DNA from: Vicugna vicugna
Lineage: Eukaryota
Direction: 5' to 3'
Length of the DNA stretch: 64,000 nt
Assembly: GCA_013265495.1 (NCBI GenBank)
Contig: MU058584.1
Coordinates: 5,338,508-5,402,507, forward strand
The position numbers and the translations under genes are program-made. The notes under the pieces were generated by a model, which was not told the origin of the DNA, made no database searches, and was given only the letters and a program-made list of their open reading frames with translations. The first letter of the stretch is position 1; each line of letters opens with the position of its first letter. This document shows, piece by piece, positions 1 to 13,605 of this stretch.

Positions 1-421
1 CCTGTGGGAAAGACTAACAGCATGTGAGGAGAATCTGAACATTCTTGCTTACCTGTTGGCTTGGCTAAGCCTCACTAATGAAGTGTAAGTGAATCCTCCA
101 AACCCTTATCCCTGGACCACTTTGAATTCTGTGTGTGATGTGTCAATGAGAAACCCCAAATGGAGGCGATATGTGCGGTGGTTCTGAAGTACTCTTTCCA
201 CCATCCCTACTATAGTATCTTTTAAAGCCCTTGAGGGCAGGGACCACTTATATATTTTTGCAGCCAGTGTAGCATCTACCACAGGTGCTAAGCACGGAGT
301 CATTGCTCAATAAATGTGTATTTATTTTTGACTCTGTCTCACTCTGCCTGTACCACCGGAGGAAGTCCAGTGGGAAGTGAGTCACCTAAAGATGTCACAA
401 TGACTCCACTCAGGACTTCCT

Positions 422-688
422 CTTTTTTTTATAATTCTTATTTTTTATTGACATGTAGTTGATTTACAATGTTAGCTTCATGTGTACAGCAAAGCAATTC
501 AGTTATACATATTTTTTCAGATTATTTTCTATTACAGCTCATTATAAGAAATTGAATATAGTTCCCTGTGCTATACAATAGGTCCTTGGTGTTTATCTAT
601 TTTATATACAGTAATGTGTATCTATTAGTCCCAAACTCCTAGTCTATCCATCTCCCTCTCCCCCACTGATAAACACTTTGTTTTCTAT
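422..688 (-). mobile_element. 5'-truncated L1 3' end (cetartiodactyl/camelid type)
   Basis: Poly-T, then tagttgatttacaatgttag...gaatatagttccctgtgctataca. TSD AGGACTTCCT at 412-421 and 689-698. Confidence 0.88.
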
Positions 689-959
689 AGGACTTCCTTT
701 GAAAACATTCTTACTTCGAATTCTTCTCTGAAGGTCATTTCATTATATTAATAGTGCTAATACTGGAATTATAAACCCCATATGTAACAGCATAATTTAT
801 AGCCGGGCAGAGTCCTTTCAAAAGCCCAGAAGTTTCAAAGTAAACCAAATGCTCCTCCCTCATTCCTCTCCACTCAAGCATTCTTTCTGTCACTCTAGAA
901 GTGAAGTTACCTTGTTTCTAGCAAGAGGAGGAGGAAATGTCATTACATGTTGCCTTCCT

Positions 960-1465
960 GTGACTTCTCACTGCACTTGATATGAAATGCAAAATCCTTC
1001 CCACGGCTCCTGCCCACTTCTTCAGCCTCATTTCCTAGTGCTCTCCTGCTTCTCAACATTCCAGCCGCAGGACCCATCTTAATTTCCAGAACACTCAAGT
1101 CTCTTTTTACCACAGTGTCTCAAAGTAAAGTGTTTCCTCTGCCTGGAAAGATTTTCCAGGACTGATTTCTCAAGCCTCAGGTCATCTTTTAAATGTGGCC
1201 TCCTTCCTTGACCATAGAAGCACAGTAGATTTGCCCCCTCATCCATCATCTTTGTCATATTATCTATATTTTATCCTTTGCAGCACTCACTTGAATTTAT
1301 AATTGAATATTTTGTTTCCTTCCTGGTCTCTCTCAGTAGACTGAAAACCCCTGAGAGCACAGATCATGTTAATCTTGTTCTTGACTGTGTCTCCAGTGCC
1401 TCACACAGAGCTTCAAACCAAGTAGGGCCTCAATAAACACTTGTTGAATGAATGAATGAATGGAT
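960..1465 (+). mobile_element. L2 LINE 3' portion
   Basis: Ends in the typical L2 tail ctcaataaacacttgttgaatgaatgaatgaatg. Confidence 0.75.
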
Positions 1466-1849
1466 GGATGGGGTAGATGCTTTGAGAGAATGTATCCCTT
1501 GCTTTCTGAATCTCCTTCCTGTTTGTCCATCTCAGGTCCTTCCCAGAGGCTGAGGAACATTTTCTTCTAATCAGAGGACTCTATAAACATCTAGGGGTAC
1601 AGATAAGTTAGTTTTGGGGTGTGTGTGTGTGTAGTGAGGTAGGGGTAGGGAGTTCATTTGTTTCTACCAGGAGAATAGGGTGTGAAAATGTACCAGGAAT
1701 GAGGAAAAATGTACAGAATGCAGGTTGCGCATCATGGTGAATTCAGGAGTCCAGTTCCTGGGGCAGAAATTCATCCTTCCTCATCTTAGAGCTGTCCGTG
1801 GTTTAGTATGTGACAGATTGTAACTCCCAGCAAATGTAGGTCATATGCT

Positions 1850-2674
1850 GCTGAAAGGGAAATCTGTTTCCTTTTCTACTCACAGATGACTTCTGAACTC
1901 CAAATGTATGGGGGTTCTTCCCTACACCAAGTAATTCTCCAACACTGGCTGGGGGGGGGGGTGTCCCACAATTTAACTCAATTCTGAGACTATCTACCCA
2001 GAGATAGTGTCAGATCCCACTGATTAAGGACTCTGTCCTACAGGACGCCAGTCACAGTTCTCACCCTGTGCTCTAACTGACCCACCCACCCCCACCCCCA
2101 CCCCACAACCCTAGAAAGGTTGACAGAGTTCAGGAAAACAGTTTGCTGTTACTGACTGATCACAGTATGAAGAGATATCTAGGATGAGGTCCAGAAGGGC
2201 TCCTAGTACAGGAGTTTTGGTCCTCGTGGCACCTGGGCTGTCCACCCTTCCTGCACGTGGATGTGTTCTTGCTCAGCAACATGGAAGCTCTCTGAATCTT
2301 GTGCTTAGGGATTCTCATGGAGGCTTTATTACATACATATAGTTGATTAAATTATTGGCCAGTGGTGACTGATTCAACATCCAGACCCTCTCCTCTCTGC
2401 AGAGGTGGAGAAGGGGCTAAAACTGCCAAGCCTCAAATCACATGGTTGCTTCTGGCAACCAGCTCCTAGGGCATGGTTCTCTAGGGGCTTTCCCCAAACC
2501 ACCTCATTGACAAATTCAGGTGTGGATGAAAGAAGCCTGTGGTGAAAAACAAAACACTCTCTTTTCACCTTTGTCACTCCTATCACATGAGAAAGTCCAA
2601 GCATTTTAGGAACTCTGTGCCAGGAAACGGGATGAAGACCAAATATACACTTCTTTATAGACATCACAATATCA
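1850..2674 (-). mobile_element. MER21-type ERVL solo LTR
   Basis: The reverse complement begins gtgatattgtgatgtctataaagaagtgtatatttggtcttcatccccgtttcctggcacagagttcctaaaa, like MER21 5' ends as I recall them. Confidence 0.75.
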
Positions 2675-3267
2675 CCGCCACCCCAAGGTAAGCCTGATAA
2701 TGGGTCATGTCATTTTAAAAGATGACCTAGGATCAGGAGGGACGTACTGGGTCCCCTAAGAGGGGAAGATAATGCAGACCAGAAACTGCCTTCCCTCCAC
2801 TTCTCAGTCTACCTACAGGTCCATGGGAGGTGAGCCCGAAGCAGCCCTCCTCTCATTCACTGGCTGTTGTGGATGGCCTTAATTAGATTACGTACTTAGG
2901 AATATTTACCTCCTGGTTCAATCATAATCTTCCAGGGGATTCTAACTCCAGGTGTCCCAGAACTAAATGTCCTCAATAAAACCTCAGTTCAGCTCAGCGC
3001 ACGTGGGTGGAAGAAAGCTGCTGTTCTCCTACGGTTTTCTATCTTGACTTCTCTGTTTTCCACTGTGGAAGGCACGACTGTGTGCCAGTGACACCACTGT
3101 GGCAGTTCTGGGGGAACGTGGAGGGAATTTAGTCCCAGAGTGGGCTAGCAACTCATTTGTTACCATATCTCCTCTGCCTAAAGAGCCTAGTTCTTCCATA
3201 TCTAGATCCAGTATAGGTAAAATTGAGACACTGTTAGATTCTTCATTCATCTCTTACCTACCCATAC

Positions 3268-3440
3268 GAACTCTGTGATCTTGGGAAAGTTACTTTGCCT
3301 GCCTCAGTCTCCTCATCTCTAAAATGGGGATAATGTTAGTATCTACCTCACAGAGTTAACCAATAAATGAGCTGTTTTATGAAAAGCACATAGGAACATT
3401 CAATAATAATGAACACGTCATAAATGTTAGTTAATATGAC
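3268..3440 (+). mobile_element. MIR SINE
   Basis: CORE motif tgtgatcttgggaaagttact...cctcagtctcctcatctctaaaatggggataat. Confidence 0.8.
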
Positions 3441-4489
3441 TCCCATTACTGGGTCATTACCATTGCACCATTAACTTGTGGGAGGGAAGGAACTGAACTT
3501 ACTCGTTCCTGTGTCCCAGGGACCTGACTCAGCATTGACATGCTGAAGTGCTCACCAAATATGTGTTGACTTGAATGAAACTCCCCCAGCACTTGTCATC
3601 TGCACCATTCAGATGCTTGCTTTCTATCGAGTTGCTTGCTCTGACTTTCAGCGTACAATATACCTGAAAGGAGCTGTTTTCTGGGAGTATCTCCTTTACC
3701 ACTGCCTGCCCCGCACTATCTGGCTCAGAGGAGGAGCTTGATGGCTCTTCCCAGACTTAAAGTGCTACATTTCTTAACCCTGATAACAAAGAAATCCCGT
3801 GGAATATTTGGGAGAGCACCTAGTCTGCATGCATTTCGCTCCAGTGATACCACAATCCATCTTTCTCAGGTACCTCACACGATGCCTCACCTGTACCACG
3901 TGCTCCGTGACTGTCAAACTGATACATTTATTCGTGTTTGAAACTCCAACACAGGGCTCTCTGATCACTCCCCCATGTCTGATGTACGCTTATCAGCAAG
4001 GCCCTGCACCTTGCTCCAGAGCTCCCACCCCACTCCACGCCCACCACCACGTACTCTCCATCCCTTGCCAGAGCTTCATCTCAGACTCAACTTGGCAATT
4101 TGAGGTCGCATTTTGAAGTCATGTTTGTGCAAAAATAGCCACAAGCAGTTAGTGCACACTTGGCTGGAATCCCTTCTTGGTGCACAGAGAGGTACCAACA
4201 AGGAGTTCCGCCTCCTGTCAAATGGGAGAAAACCCTTCTTTGCTGTCTTTTGAATGTATTCTATTTTTGAATCAGCTCCAGCTTCAGAATTAGTTTTCCC
4301 ACCAGTACCAGGTCTTTGAAGAGCATTAGCAGAGAAGCTTCCTTAGGAGACAAGCTCGCCAGAACCACCCATCAAACCCTTTATCATCACATAGGAGAGA
4401 GGAAGTAGCTTTTTGCCTTGACTTCCCCAACCAACATCAATTTCTGCTTTGTAAACAAAGGCTGTGTAAGATGCTTTGGACAGCCGAGG

Positions 4490-4980
4490 ACAGGAGATCC
4501 AACTACAAGTGGCTAAAAATCATAAGGATGTTGATTATTTCATATCACATGAAGCCTGGAGGTAGGACTGTTTCAGAGTGGGTCGGTTCATTGACATGGA
4601 GACATCATAGATCTAGCTTAGCTTTTCTGCAACTTGCCCCCACAGTTCCCAGATCTGCTGTAGAACAGTCCTCAGACACTGTTAACAATCTTCAGAGACA
4701 GAAAAAAGATGCCCCTATCTTGTGTCCCTCCATCAGATGGCCCTCGTGTCTCACTGGCCAGAATGAGCACAACCTAGCCACACTTAAACAATCACTAGGC
4801 AAAGCAAGGCCACTACCACTGGCCCAGACTAGTGAGGTCCCCCATTCTGCAGTTAGGCAGAGTCTAAGTTCCTAAAAAGGAGGACACAACCCTTCAAAGG
4901 AGGGCAACCCAAATCAAGGTGTGATAGCAAGCTAGAGAGAAGGAAGGAGCTCCCTGGCAGGCAACCAACAGCGTCTGCAA
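4490..4980 (-). mobile_element. Old MaLR LTR (MLT1K/L-like)
   Basis: Degenerate MLT1 motifs (aagtggctaaaa, gaagcctggaggtagg, tctcactggccagaa). Confidence 0.5.
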
Positions 4981-7539
4981 CAGAGCAGGTTGGCCCCATT
5001 GCCCTCTCTAGGAAGGAAATGAGTAAAATTATCCTAATGTTATGCCTGGGGAAATCAAACTATTATAAGACCAGGATCCTCCTTACTCGGAGCTGCAATC
5101 TGGTTGAAGAGATAAAGATTTCCAAAAGCGGAGCAGCTCCACCGTTATTATCTGTGTGGGATGAAACAGTCACACCGAAATCTTCTAGTCTGCAAAATAC
5201 CAAACGAGGCGCCCAGGGGCACGAAAACAGCATCTCCTTATAGTGCCTGCTGTGTCGCATGGTTCAGTGGTACACACATCGCGATTCCAGATAAATTGCA
5301 AGACTGGAATGGTGCTATCTGGCCTCAGTTTCAGTCTCTGTTACAAAATTGACCAATGCCTCCCTCGGAAGAGTACAATGCTATTTTTCATGGTCAAAAA
5401 AATACAATTCACAGCTTTAGCGGAGCCTCCCTGTGGGGGTCATAAAGGTTCTTTTGGAAAAACTTGAAATCTTATAATCCTTACTTTAAAAAAACAGTAG
5501 TTTTACAAAGAGAAATAGGTTAAGAACCCATTTGATCCTGAAGACATGACTGCAAGTTTTCCCCTCAAAGATTTATATCAAGCATGAAATTTGATGATCC
5601 AAGTTGCTGCATCACTGATCACTCATTATCTGTTCACTTGACTGTAGGTTGGCCAGTCTCACTCCTATTCATACTCTGAAATCTGGCAAGACCGCAGGTG
5701 CTGAAAGCCCGGAAGTCAATTTTGGTATCTCAGAAGGGCCAAAGAGAACCAAGGGCACAGCCTCCCAGGAGCCTCCTCTGATCCCTCTGCCTTCTCCCTC
5801 CCCCGAGGTCCTCTCCGCGGGGCCCTTGCCCTCCGCACAGCAGGCCTCTCCCCAGGTCCCGGGCCCTCCACCCAGGACCGGTGCAAATCCACCCTCAGCC
5901 ACGAACCACCCACCCCACCCACATTATCACATCTCTTCCTTCTCTGACTCTGCTTCTCGCCAGAGAGGGCTGGAATGCGCTCTGGGCTCCGGCCACGGAA
6001 GCAGATTTCCTCTGGAAAAGCAGTGAGTCAGGAAACACAGAGTTCAGTTGTGACCAAGACTCCCCTGAGGAAACAGCCAGGAGTTTTCAGTGGGCGGGGC
6101 CAGCTAGCGAAGGCGTGGTCACTTGTCTAAGAGAGGGCGGCTCCGACCCGTCAGAAGCAGTTGGCGAGAAGCAGATGGATGAGCTGAGTTAATTTACAGG
6201 ACTGAGTTTCAGATGTTCCTGCCAGACGGGATTATATGTCCCCAAGCAGGTGTCCTTCTCCTGTGACTTTTTTTCAGGGAGAAGTGGAAATACCCATCCA
6301 CAGTCAGGAACCGGGGATTGAGATGAAAGAAGAGAGGAAGCATCACACAGGGTTTAAAATTTAAGCAAACTGCCAGGGTTCAAATTCCTGCTCCACCGCT
6401 TCCTGGCTCCATGGTTGGGTGCGTTCCTGTCTCTCAGCACACATCCACTTAGCTCTGAAATGGGTATAGTAGTCGATACCTCCCCAGACTATTCGGTGGA
6501 ACCAAGTAAGCTCATGAAGCTTGCAGAATATCGGAGGGAGGAGGTCGTGGGTAGCAGTGCCAACTGCAGCAGGCGCGTGGGGAGTTAGTCACAAGTGGAT
6601 GGCCCGGCGGAGGAATACAGCGTGGTGAGTGAGACCTGTGACCCGGGTCTTAGCCCGGCAGTCCTGTGCGGTGGACAGGAGGAAGCAGAGCTGTCGGTGA
6701 GGGAGCTGGAGGCCAGATCGGAGGTCCCTCTGGGGTGGAGGAATGTTGGGTGGAGCCAGCATTAGACAAGGACTAGCGGTGGAGCAGGAGAGCGTGGGAA
6801 AACAATCTCGTGGTCCTGGAGTTCCCCTCCTTGCTTAGCTGAGCCCAGCCCCTTGATAAACGTAATGCTTCTCCCACCAGAAGGAGTCAAGTTAACTTCA
6901 TCTCAGAAGCAGTCTTCCCTAGGAACTATTACATTTGGAATCGCAGCAACGAAACCATCCCAGACACGCCCAGGGCAGCAGCCCAAGGCACACAGCTCGG
7001 CTGCAGTGGGAGAGCCCGCTGTTGCGAAAAGCAGGTTGAGAAGGAGGAGCCCCTCCGAGTTAGGTCAACAGCCAGGCCCAGAGTCAGAGCCCTTCCAGCC
7101 AAGGCAGACCTTTCCGAAAGACGCTTCCTGGCCGGCCCAGCATCAGTGGTGTGGTTGGTGGTCCCTCAGACTGAAAGACAGACAGACCCAAGAAGGTCCA
7201 CTTTTATCTTGGGGAGGCCCGTGCCAGAAATGTCAAGAGAAAGGCGAAGGGTGTTCTTCCCCTATTAAGAGAATATTCGCATAGGCCTGAGTGTCTGTAA
7301 AAGTTAGCTGTCAGCAAAAAGATGGTTATTCAAGAAGAGGTTACAGTGAAGGCATTTGTTAACGTGAAATATTCAAATTTGAACCTCATTATAAGCCTGT
7401 GGAAAAACACTTTCTAGACGGATTAAGGATTTATGTTTAGAAAAAGAAAGAAAAAGAAGGAGAAGCAACTACAACAGCAGAAGCAGCATACACAAGCTGG
7501 AAGACGATGGAGATGTGCATTTGACTTCCCGTGGGTAGC

Positions 7540-8043
7540 GTGGCAGTATCAAATATGGCCACAAATTTTATGATTCCTCTCCCAAAAGGCCACTGAATCT
7601 GGGCAGGCTTGAAATGCTTTGACTGATAGAGGACTTGACGTCCAAGACTGTGTCGTAAAAAGGCCTCATGGCTTCTGCTTTGTTTGCTGGGACACCTCCT
7701 TTTGGAGTTCTGAGGTGCTATGTGAGAATTCTAATTGCTCCAACGCTGCCATGTGAGACAGTGCAGGTGGATGCAGTCAGGGGACACTCCCTGCTGAACC
7801 CAGCCTTCCAGCCACCCCCACAAGGCTCCGGCCATGTGAGTGACACCATCATGGATTCTTTTAATCAGCCAGCTGGTGAACACAGAAAGACTTCTCTCTA
7901 AATCACATAGAGCAGAAAAATCACCCTCAGAGCCTGCCCAAATCCCTGACCTACAAACACTGTAAAATTTTTTTTTAAAAAGGTCATTGTTTTAAGCCAC
8001 TAAGTTTTAGTGTCATTAGTTACACAGTAGTAAATAAATGAAA
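7540..8043 (+). mobile_element. MaLR LTR (MLT1G/H-like)
   Basis: gccatgtgag, gagcagaaaaatcaccc...cctgcccaaat, and 3' end ttgttttaagccactaagttt...ttacacag. Confidence 0.75.
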
Positions 8044-8526
8044 TGTGTAGAGAAGGACCTAAGCATGAAAGCTTGGCAGAAATGAAGAAAAAAAAAAGGA
8101 AGAAGAATGGCAAATTTGAAATTGTAAACTGCTCTGTCTCAATTACCATCATACACGAAATTAAAAGACAATGACAGACTGGGAAAATAGCCTTGTAACA
8201 CAACTAACACACCATTAAGAGGAAAATTACAATAAAATTGCAAATAATAAAAAGCAGTTATCAGAAGAAATTAAAAAGGCAAAAAGGAGAAGAGCTGTTT
8301 AACACTATTAGTAATAAATGCAAATTAAATGACGGTAAGATACATTTTTTGTCTTCAAATTCACAAAGATTTTTTTTTTTTTGATGATAATAGTCAGTGC
8401 CTGCAAGACTTGAGTGAGGAAATAATCTTCCAATCTGGTGGTGGGAATGTAAATTGGTAGTCTTTCTGGAGAGCATGAGTCAGAAGTCTCAAATACCCTT
8501 TGCTCAAGTATTTCTTTTTTCTTTTT

Positions 8527-8530
<4 letters not shown>

Positions 8531-8569
<39 letters not shown>

Positions 8570-9480
8570 TTGTTGTTGTTGTTGTTGTTGTTGTTGAAGT
8601 ATAGTCAGTTTACAATGTTGTGTCAATTTCTGGTATACAACACAATGCTTCAGTCATACATGAACATGCATTTATTTGTTTTCATATTGTTTTTCACCAT
8701 AAGTTACTACAAGATAGTGAATATAGTTCCCTGTGTTATACAGTATAAACTTGTTGTTTGCCTATTTTATATATATTAGTTACTATCTGCAAATCTCAAA
8801 CTTCCAATTTATTCTTCCCACCCCCTTTTCCCCCTGGTAACCATAAGTTTGTTTTCTATGTCTGTAAGTCTGTCTCTGTTTTGTAAATAAGTTCATTTGT
8901 CTTTTTTTTTAGATTCCACATGTAAGTGATATTATATATTTTTCTTTCTCTTTCTGGCTTAATTCACTTCGAATGACAATCTCCAGGTCCATCCACGGTG
9001 CTGCAAGTGGTATAATTTTATTCTTTTTTATGGCCAAGTAGTATTCCATTTTATAAATATACCATGACTTCTTTATCCAGTCATCTGTTGATGGACTTTA
9101 GGTTGCTTCCATGTCTTGGCTATTGTAAATAGTGCTGCTGTGAACATTGGGGTGCATGTATCTTTTTGAATTAGAGTTCCCTTCAGATATATGCCCAGGA
9201 GGGGGATTGCTGGATCATAGGGTAAATATATTTTTAGTTTTTTGAGGAATCTCCATACCAAGTTACATGACAGCTGCACCAAACTATATTCCCACCAATG
9301 GTGTAGGAGGGTTTTGTCCACAGCCTCTCCAGCATTTATCAATCATGGCCATTCTGACTGGTGTGAGGTAATACCTCATTGTAGTTTTGATTTGCATTTC
9401 TCTGATAATTAGTTTTATTGAGTATTTTTTCATGTGCCTATTGGCCATTTGTATGTCTTCATTAGAGAATTGCTTGTTTA
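8531..9480 (-). mobile_element. Young L1 3' fragment (ORF2 C-terminus + 3' UTR)
   Basis: ORF 9073-9342 encodes [23 protein letters not shown]...TCTPMFTAALFTIAKTWKQPK, the L1 ORF2 C-terminus. The tail is now a (TA)n/(TTG)n microsatellite at 8529-8596. Confidence 0.92.
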
Positions 9481-9527
9481 TTGTAGAAATTAAAACATGT
9501 GGTCAAGCATTCTCATCACAGCACTAT

Positions 9528-10202
9528 TTTTTTTTTAATTTTGTTTTTTATTGAAGTGTAGTTGATTTACAATGTTACTTTCAGGTGTACAGCAAAGTAA
9601 TTCAGTTATATATGTATTGTATATATATACATATACATTTTTTTAAAGATTCTTTTTCATTATATGTTATTAAAGAAATTGAATATAGTTCCCTGTGCAA
9701 CAATAGGACCTTGTTGTTTATCTATTTTATATATAGTAATGAATATATGTTAATCCCAAACTGCTAATTTATCCCTTCCCTGCCCTTTCCCCTTTGGTAA
9801 CCGTAGTTTGTTTTCTATGTCCATGAGCCTATTTTTGGTTTGTAAATAAGATTTGTATCAGTTTTCTTAGATTCCACATATGAGTTATATCATACGATAT
9901 TTGTCTTTCTCTGTCTGAGTTACTTCACTTAATATGATAATCGCTAGGTCCATCCATGTTGCTGCAAATGGCATTATTTCATTTTTAATGGCTGAGTAAT
10001 ATTCCATTTTATACACACACACACACACACACACATCCACACACACACACACCACATCTTCTTTATCCAGTCATCTGTTGATGGACATTAAGGTTGTTTC
10101 CATGTCTTGGCTACTGTAAATAGTGCTGCTATGAACACTGGGGTGCATGTATCTTTTTGAATTAGAGTTTTCCCTGGATTTATGCCCAGAAGTGAGACTG
10201 AC
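9528..10202 (-). mobile_element. Young L1 3' fragment with TSD
   Basis: Poly-T plus L1 3' UTR; ORF2 remnant QKDTCTPVFIAALFTVAKTWKQP; TSD CACAGCACTAT at 9517-9527 and 10203-10213; internal (AC)n at 10013-10050. Confidence 0.92.
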
Positions 10203-10820
10203 CACAGCACTATGTATAATAGTGAGAAATAATAAACACTAAACCATTTAACAATCAGAGAACTATTGCTAAATTTCCAATAATTGAATACAATGGAGTT
10301 ATCAAAAAGCATAGGTTCCAAAATGTTCAATGACAAAGAAATACATTTATAATAGAATTAAAGTGAAGGGGAAAAGGTAGGTAAAAGCATACAAAAAGAA
10401 TGGCTGCAATTTTATTTACATAGATGGATGGATAGAGAGATAAAAAGACTGAATGGAAACACTCAAAAATACTGACAGTGATCTCTGGATGAAAGATTTA
10501 GGGAAGTATTATTCCATTCTTTCTCCTTGTCTGAAGTTTTCTAATTTTCCAACACAAAACTGTATTAAAATAATTTCATAATCAGAAAAAAAATTCTTCT
10601 TTTAAAGGTAATTAGAGGGAAAATTCCAAAACAGTTACCTCTAGCAAACACAGGAAATTTCAAGTACTAAGAGGCCTTCTCAGAAACCAGGAGCTATCCC
10701 TCCCTGCTGTGTTCTGTGTTTTGGAGGCACCTGATTCTAGGCCATGCTCCATGGATCCCCAAACTCCAAAGTTATCTTCTACCATCCCTCCCTCTTCCCC
10801 ACCATGCCTCCCCACCACAG

Positions 10821-10865
10821 GCGCACACGCGCACACACGCACACACGCACACACGCACGCGCATA
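10821..10865. repeat. (CA/CG)n alternating purine-pyrimidine microsatellite
   Basis: gcgcacacgcgcacacacgcacacacgcacacacgcacgcgcata. Confidence 0.9.
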
Positions 10866-11137
10866 AACATTTCCATTCCTTTAGTTCCCTTCTGTTAACA
10901 CAGAAATCACAAACTGACAGCCCTGGGCCAAACAAGAACTAAAGATTTCTTTACTTTGACACCCCTTCCCAAAATGTGTTCATTTATTTGTAACTAGTTA
11001 CCAACAGTAAATAAGGATTTTCCCTACTCCTCCTACTAATTACTGAACATTATACATAAAATAAACATGACTAAAAAACAAACAAACAAAAAAGCCAGAC
11101 TACATAGAGATCTTAGGACCTGAGGAACAACACAGCT

Positions 11138-11623
11138 CAGATCTTCCTCGACTTATGAAAGAGTTATGTCCTAGTAAACTCATCATAAATTGAAAATATT
11201 GTTAGTCAATAACGCATTTAGTACACCTAACTTACCAAACATCAGAACTTAGCCTTGCCTACCTTAAACATGCTCAGAACACTTACCTTAGCCTACAATT
11301 GGGCAAAATCATGTAACACAAAGCCTATTTTATAATAAGGTGTTGAATATCTCATGTAATTTATTGGATGATGTGCTGAAAGTGAAAAATAGAACAGCTG
11401 TTTGGATGCAGAATGGTTGTTAAGTGTATTACTTGTTTACCCTCGTGATCTCATGATCATGCGATCCCAGAAGCACAAGGAGTGTTATACCACATATTGC
11501 TAGCCCAGGAAAGCTCAAAATTTAAAATTTGAAGTATAGTTTCTGCTGAAATGCGTATCACTTTTGCACTATTATTAAGTTGAAACATTGTATGCTGAAC
11601 CATCATAAGTTGAGGACTGCCTG
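11138..11623. mobile_element. Tigger5/MER47-family DNA transposon (TcMar-Tigger MITE)
   Basis: Imperfect ~21-bp terminal inverted repeats CAGATCTTCCTCGACTTATGA and TCATAAGTTGAGGACTGCCTG, followed by TA. Body cttagccttgcctaccttaaacatgctcagaacacttac matches MER47 as I recall it. Confidence 0.85.
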
Positions 11624-12590
11624 TAGTAAGTTCCATGGTTTTTTTTTTTTTTGATTCATATATCCTAGATTTGGAAATAACAAAGCCCGTAATCCAGAAA
11701 TGCCAGCAGGTATAAACAAACAAAAAGCCCAAGAAAAGCCTGCTGGGCAGCCAACAAGACAAACCATTTAGGCAATAACTGCTCTGCTCCAGCCAAATAC
11801 CACAGGAATGAACTGTGGCCCCACCCCTGCCCGAAGCAGCAAAGCCGAGGGGGGAGCCTCAACTTCCACCATTGTGAGGTTGTAGTGAGGTGCCCTTAAA
11901 CCACCTCACTGGGGTGGTGTCAGAGATGGTCAAGTAGAAAGCCAGAACTATCATCCACTACCACTGGTAGGCAGCCCTAAGCTCCCCCTGCACGGGAGCC
12001 TACCAGCAGTAAGGAGGCACACCTCCCGCTCCCCTGTGGGGCGGTGTCAGAGGAGGCCTAGGGGAGAATCGGAACTTTCACCACCACCCACCACACAGCA
12101 GTAACAAGGAGCTTCTCTAACCTTCATCACTTGAATGTTAATGGAAGCCAAGTAGAACCTAGCCTTCTACCCCTGCCCGAGCGTAACAAGGGAACAGCCT
12201 CACTTCCCCTGCCAGAATGGTGTCGGCAGAGGCCAGCTAGAAGAGTAGGTTTAAATTAACCCAGAGTCTCAGAACACAACACAGAAAAGTCCAGATTCCA
12301 ATCAAAAATCACTCATCAACCCAAAAACCATGAGGATCTCAAACTGAATGAAAAAAAGACATCAATAAATGCCAACTCCAAGATGACAAAGATGTTAAAT
12401 TTATCTGACAACAATTTTAAAGCAGCTAATGATAAAAATGCTTCAACAAGCAATTGTGAATATGGTTGAAACAAACTTTAAAAAAAAATTGGAAGCCTCA
12501 GCAAAGAAATTGAAGATATATAAAAGAACCAAATGGAAATTTTAGATCAGAAAAATACAGTACTCAAAATACAATCCCAGTGCATGGACT

Positions 12591-13605
12591 TGTATTAGTT
12601 CCCTTTTGCTGCTGTGATAATTTACCCCAAAGCTTAAAACAATACAAGTCTATTGTCTTATAGTTCTCAAGATCGGAATTCCAAGGTGGGTCTCACTGGG
12701 CTAAAATCAAGGTGTGTCAAGCCTTTATTTCTTTATGGAGGCTCCAGGGGGAAATCTATTTCCTTGCCTCTTCCAGCTTCTCAAGGCTGCCCTCATTCCC
12801 TGACTTGTGGATCCTTTCCTCTTCAAAGCCAGCAATGTCAAGTCTTTCTCACGTTGTGTCACTCTGACACTGACCATCCTGCTTCTCTTCCCCTTCCAAA
12901 GACGCTTGTGGTTATATTGAGCCCACTGGGAGAATACAGAATAGTCTCCCCATCACAAGATCTTTAATCACATCTCTAAAATCCTTTTTGCCAATGAAGG
13001 TAATAAGAGTCACGGGTTCTGGAGATTAGGATGTGGAAATCTTTGGGGGAGGCTGATATTCTGCCTACCGCAGTTTGCACCCAAAGATTTATGCCTGCCC
13101 CACATACAAAATACACCCACAACATCCTACGGCTGTCAAGAGTTTAAACAGATTATGGCATCAACTCAAAATCCAAATTCTCATCAGCTTGAAAGTCCCA
13201 AATTTCATCATCTAAGTCACTTAAATAGGTATGGGGAAGACGCTGGTAATGATCCAGCCAGGGGCAAAATTTCTCTTCATCTGTGGACCTATAAAACTAG
13301 AAAACAAGTTATCAGCTCCTAAAATGCAGTGATGAGGCAAGCATGGAATAGCAATTATAGTCATTTCCATCCTAAAGGGAAAATGAGAAGGAAAAAGAAG
13401 CCATCAGTCCCAAGCTGTTTTGAAATCCAACTGTGTGAATTTCACTGGGATTTCAAGGCTTCTGTGCTTCCAGGCTCCATTCTCTAAGCTCAAAGCTTTG
13501 CCCTTGGGGTTCACCTTTCTTTCTCCTGAAAGGTAACACTTGTTTGCAGCTGAATAGTTTTATCAGCTTGTTGTATATCTGTAGAATTTAGGGGGTCCAA
13601 CAGCT
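12591..13605 (-). mobile_element. MaLR LTR (MLT1C/D-like, 12591-13072) plus adjoining MLT1 internal sequence
   Basis: tgtattagtt...gctgctgt...gggctaaaatcaaggtgt...attctgcctacc, then int-like ggggcaaaatttctcttcatctgtggacctataaaactagaaaacaagttat. Confidence 0.8.

Larger units (their letters stand above)
8100..10600 (+). mobile_element. Ancient L1M (L1ME-like) 3' portion, interrupted by two younger antisense L1s
   Basis: Degenerate ORF2-end motifs (gacagactgggaaaata, aaatgcaaattaaa, tggtgggaatgtaaattggtag); the element continues after 10213. Confidence 0.6.

Noticed and set aside
9073..9342. ORFs with protein-like motifs (also 10088-10336, 15521-15847, 43940-44245)
   Set aside because: Fragments of L1 ORF2 in truncated, decayed elements; not host genes.
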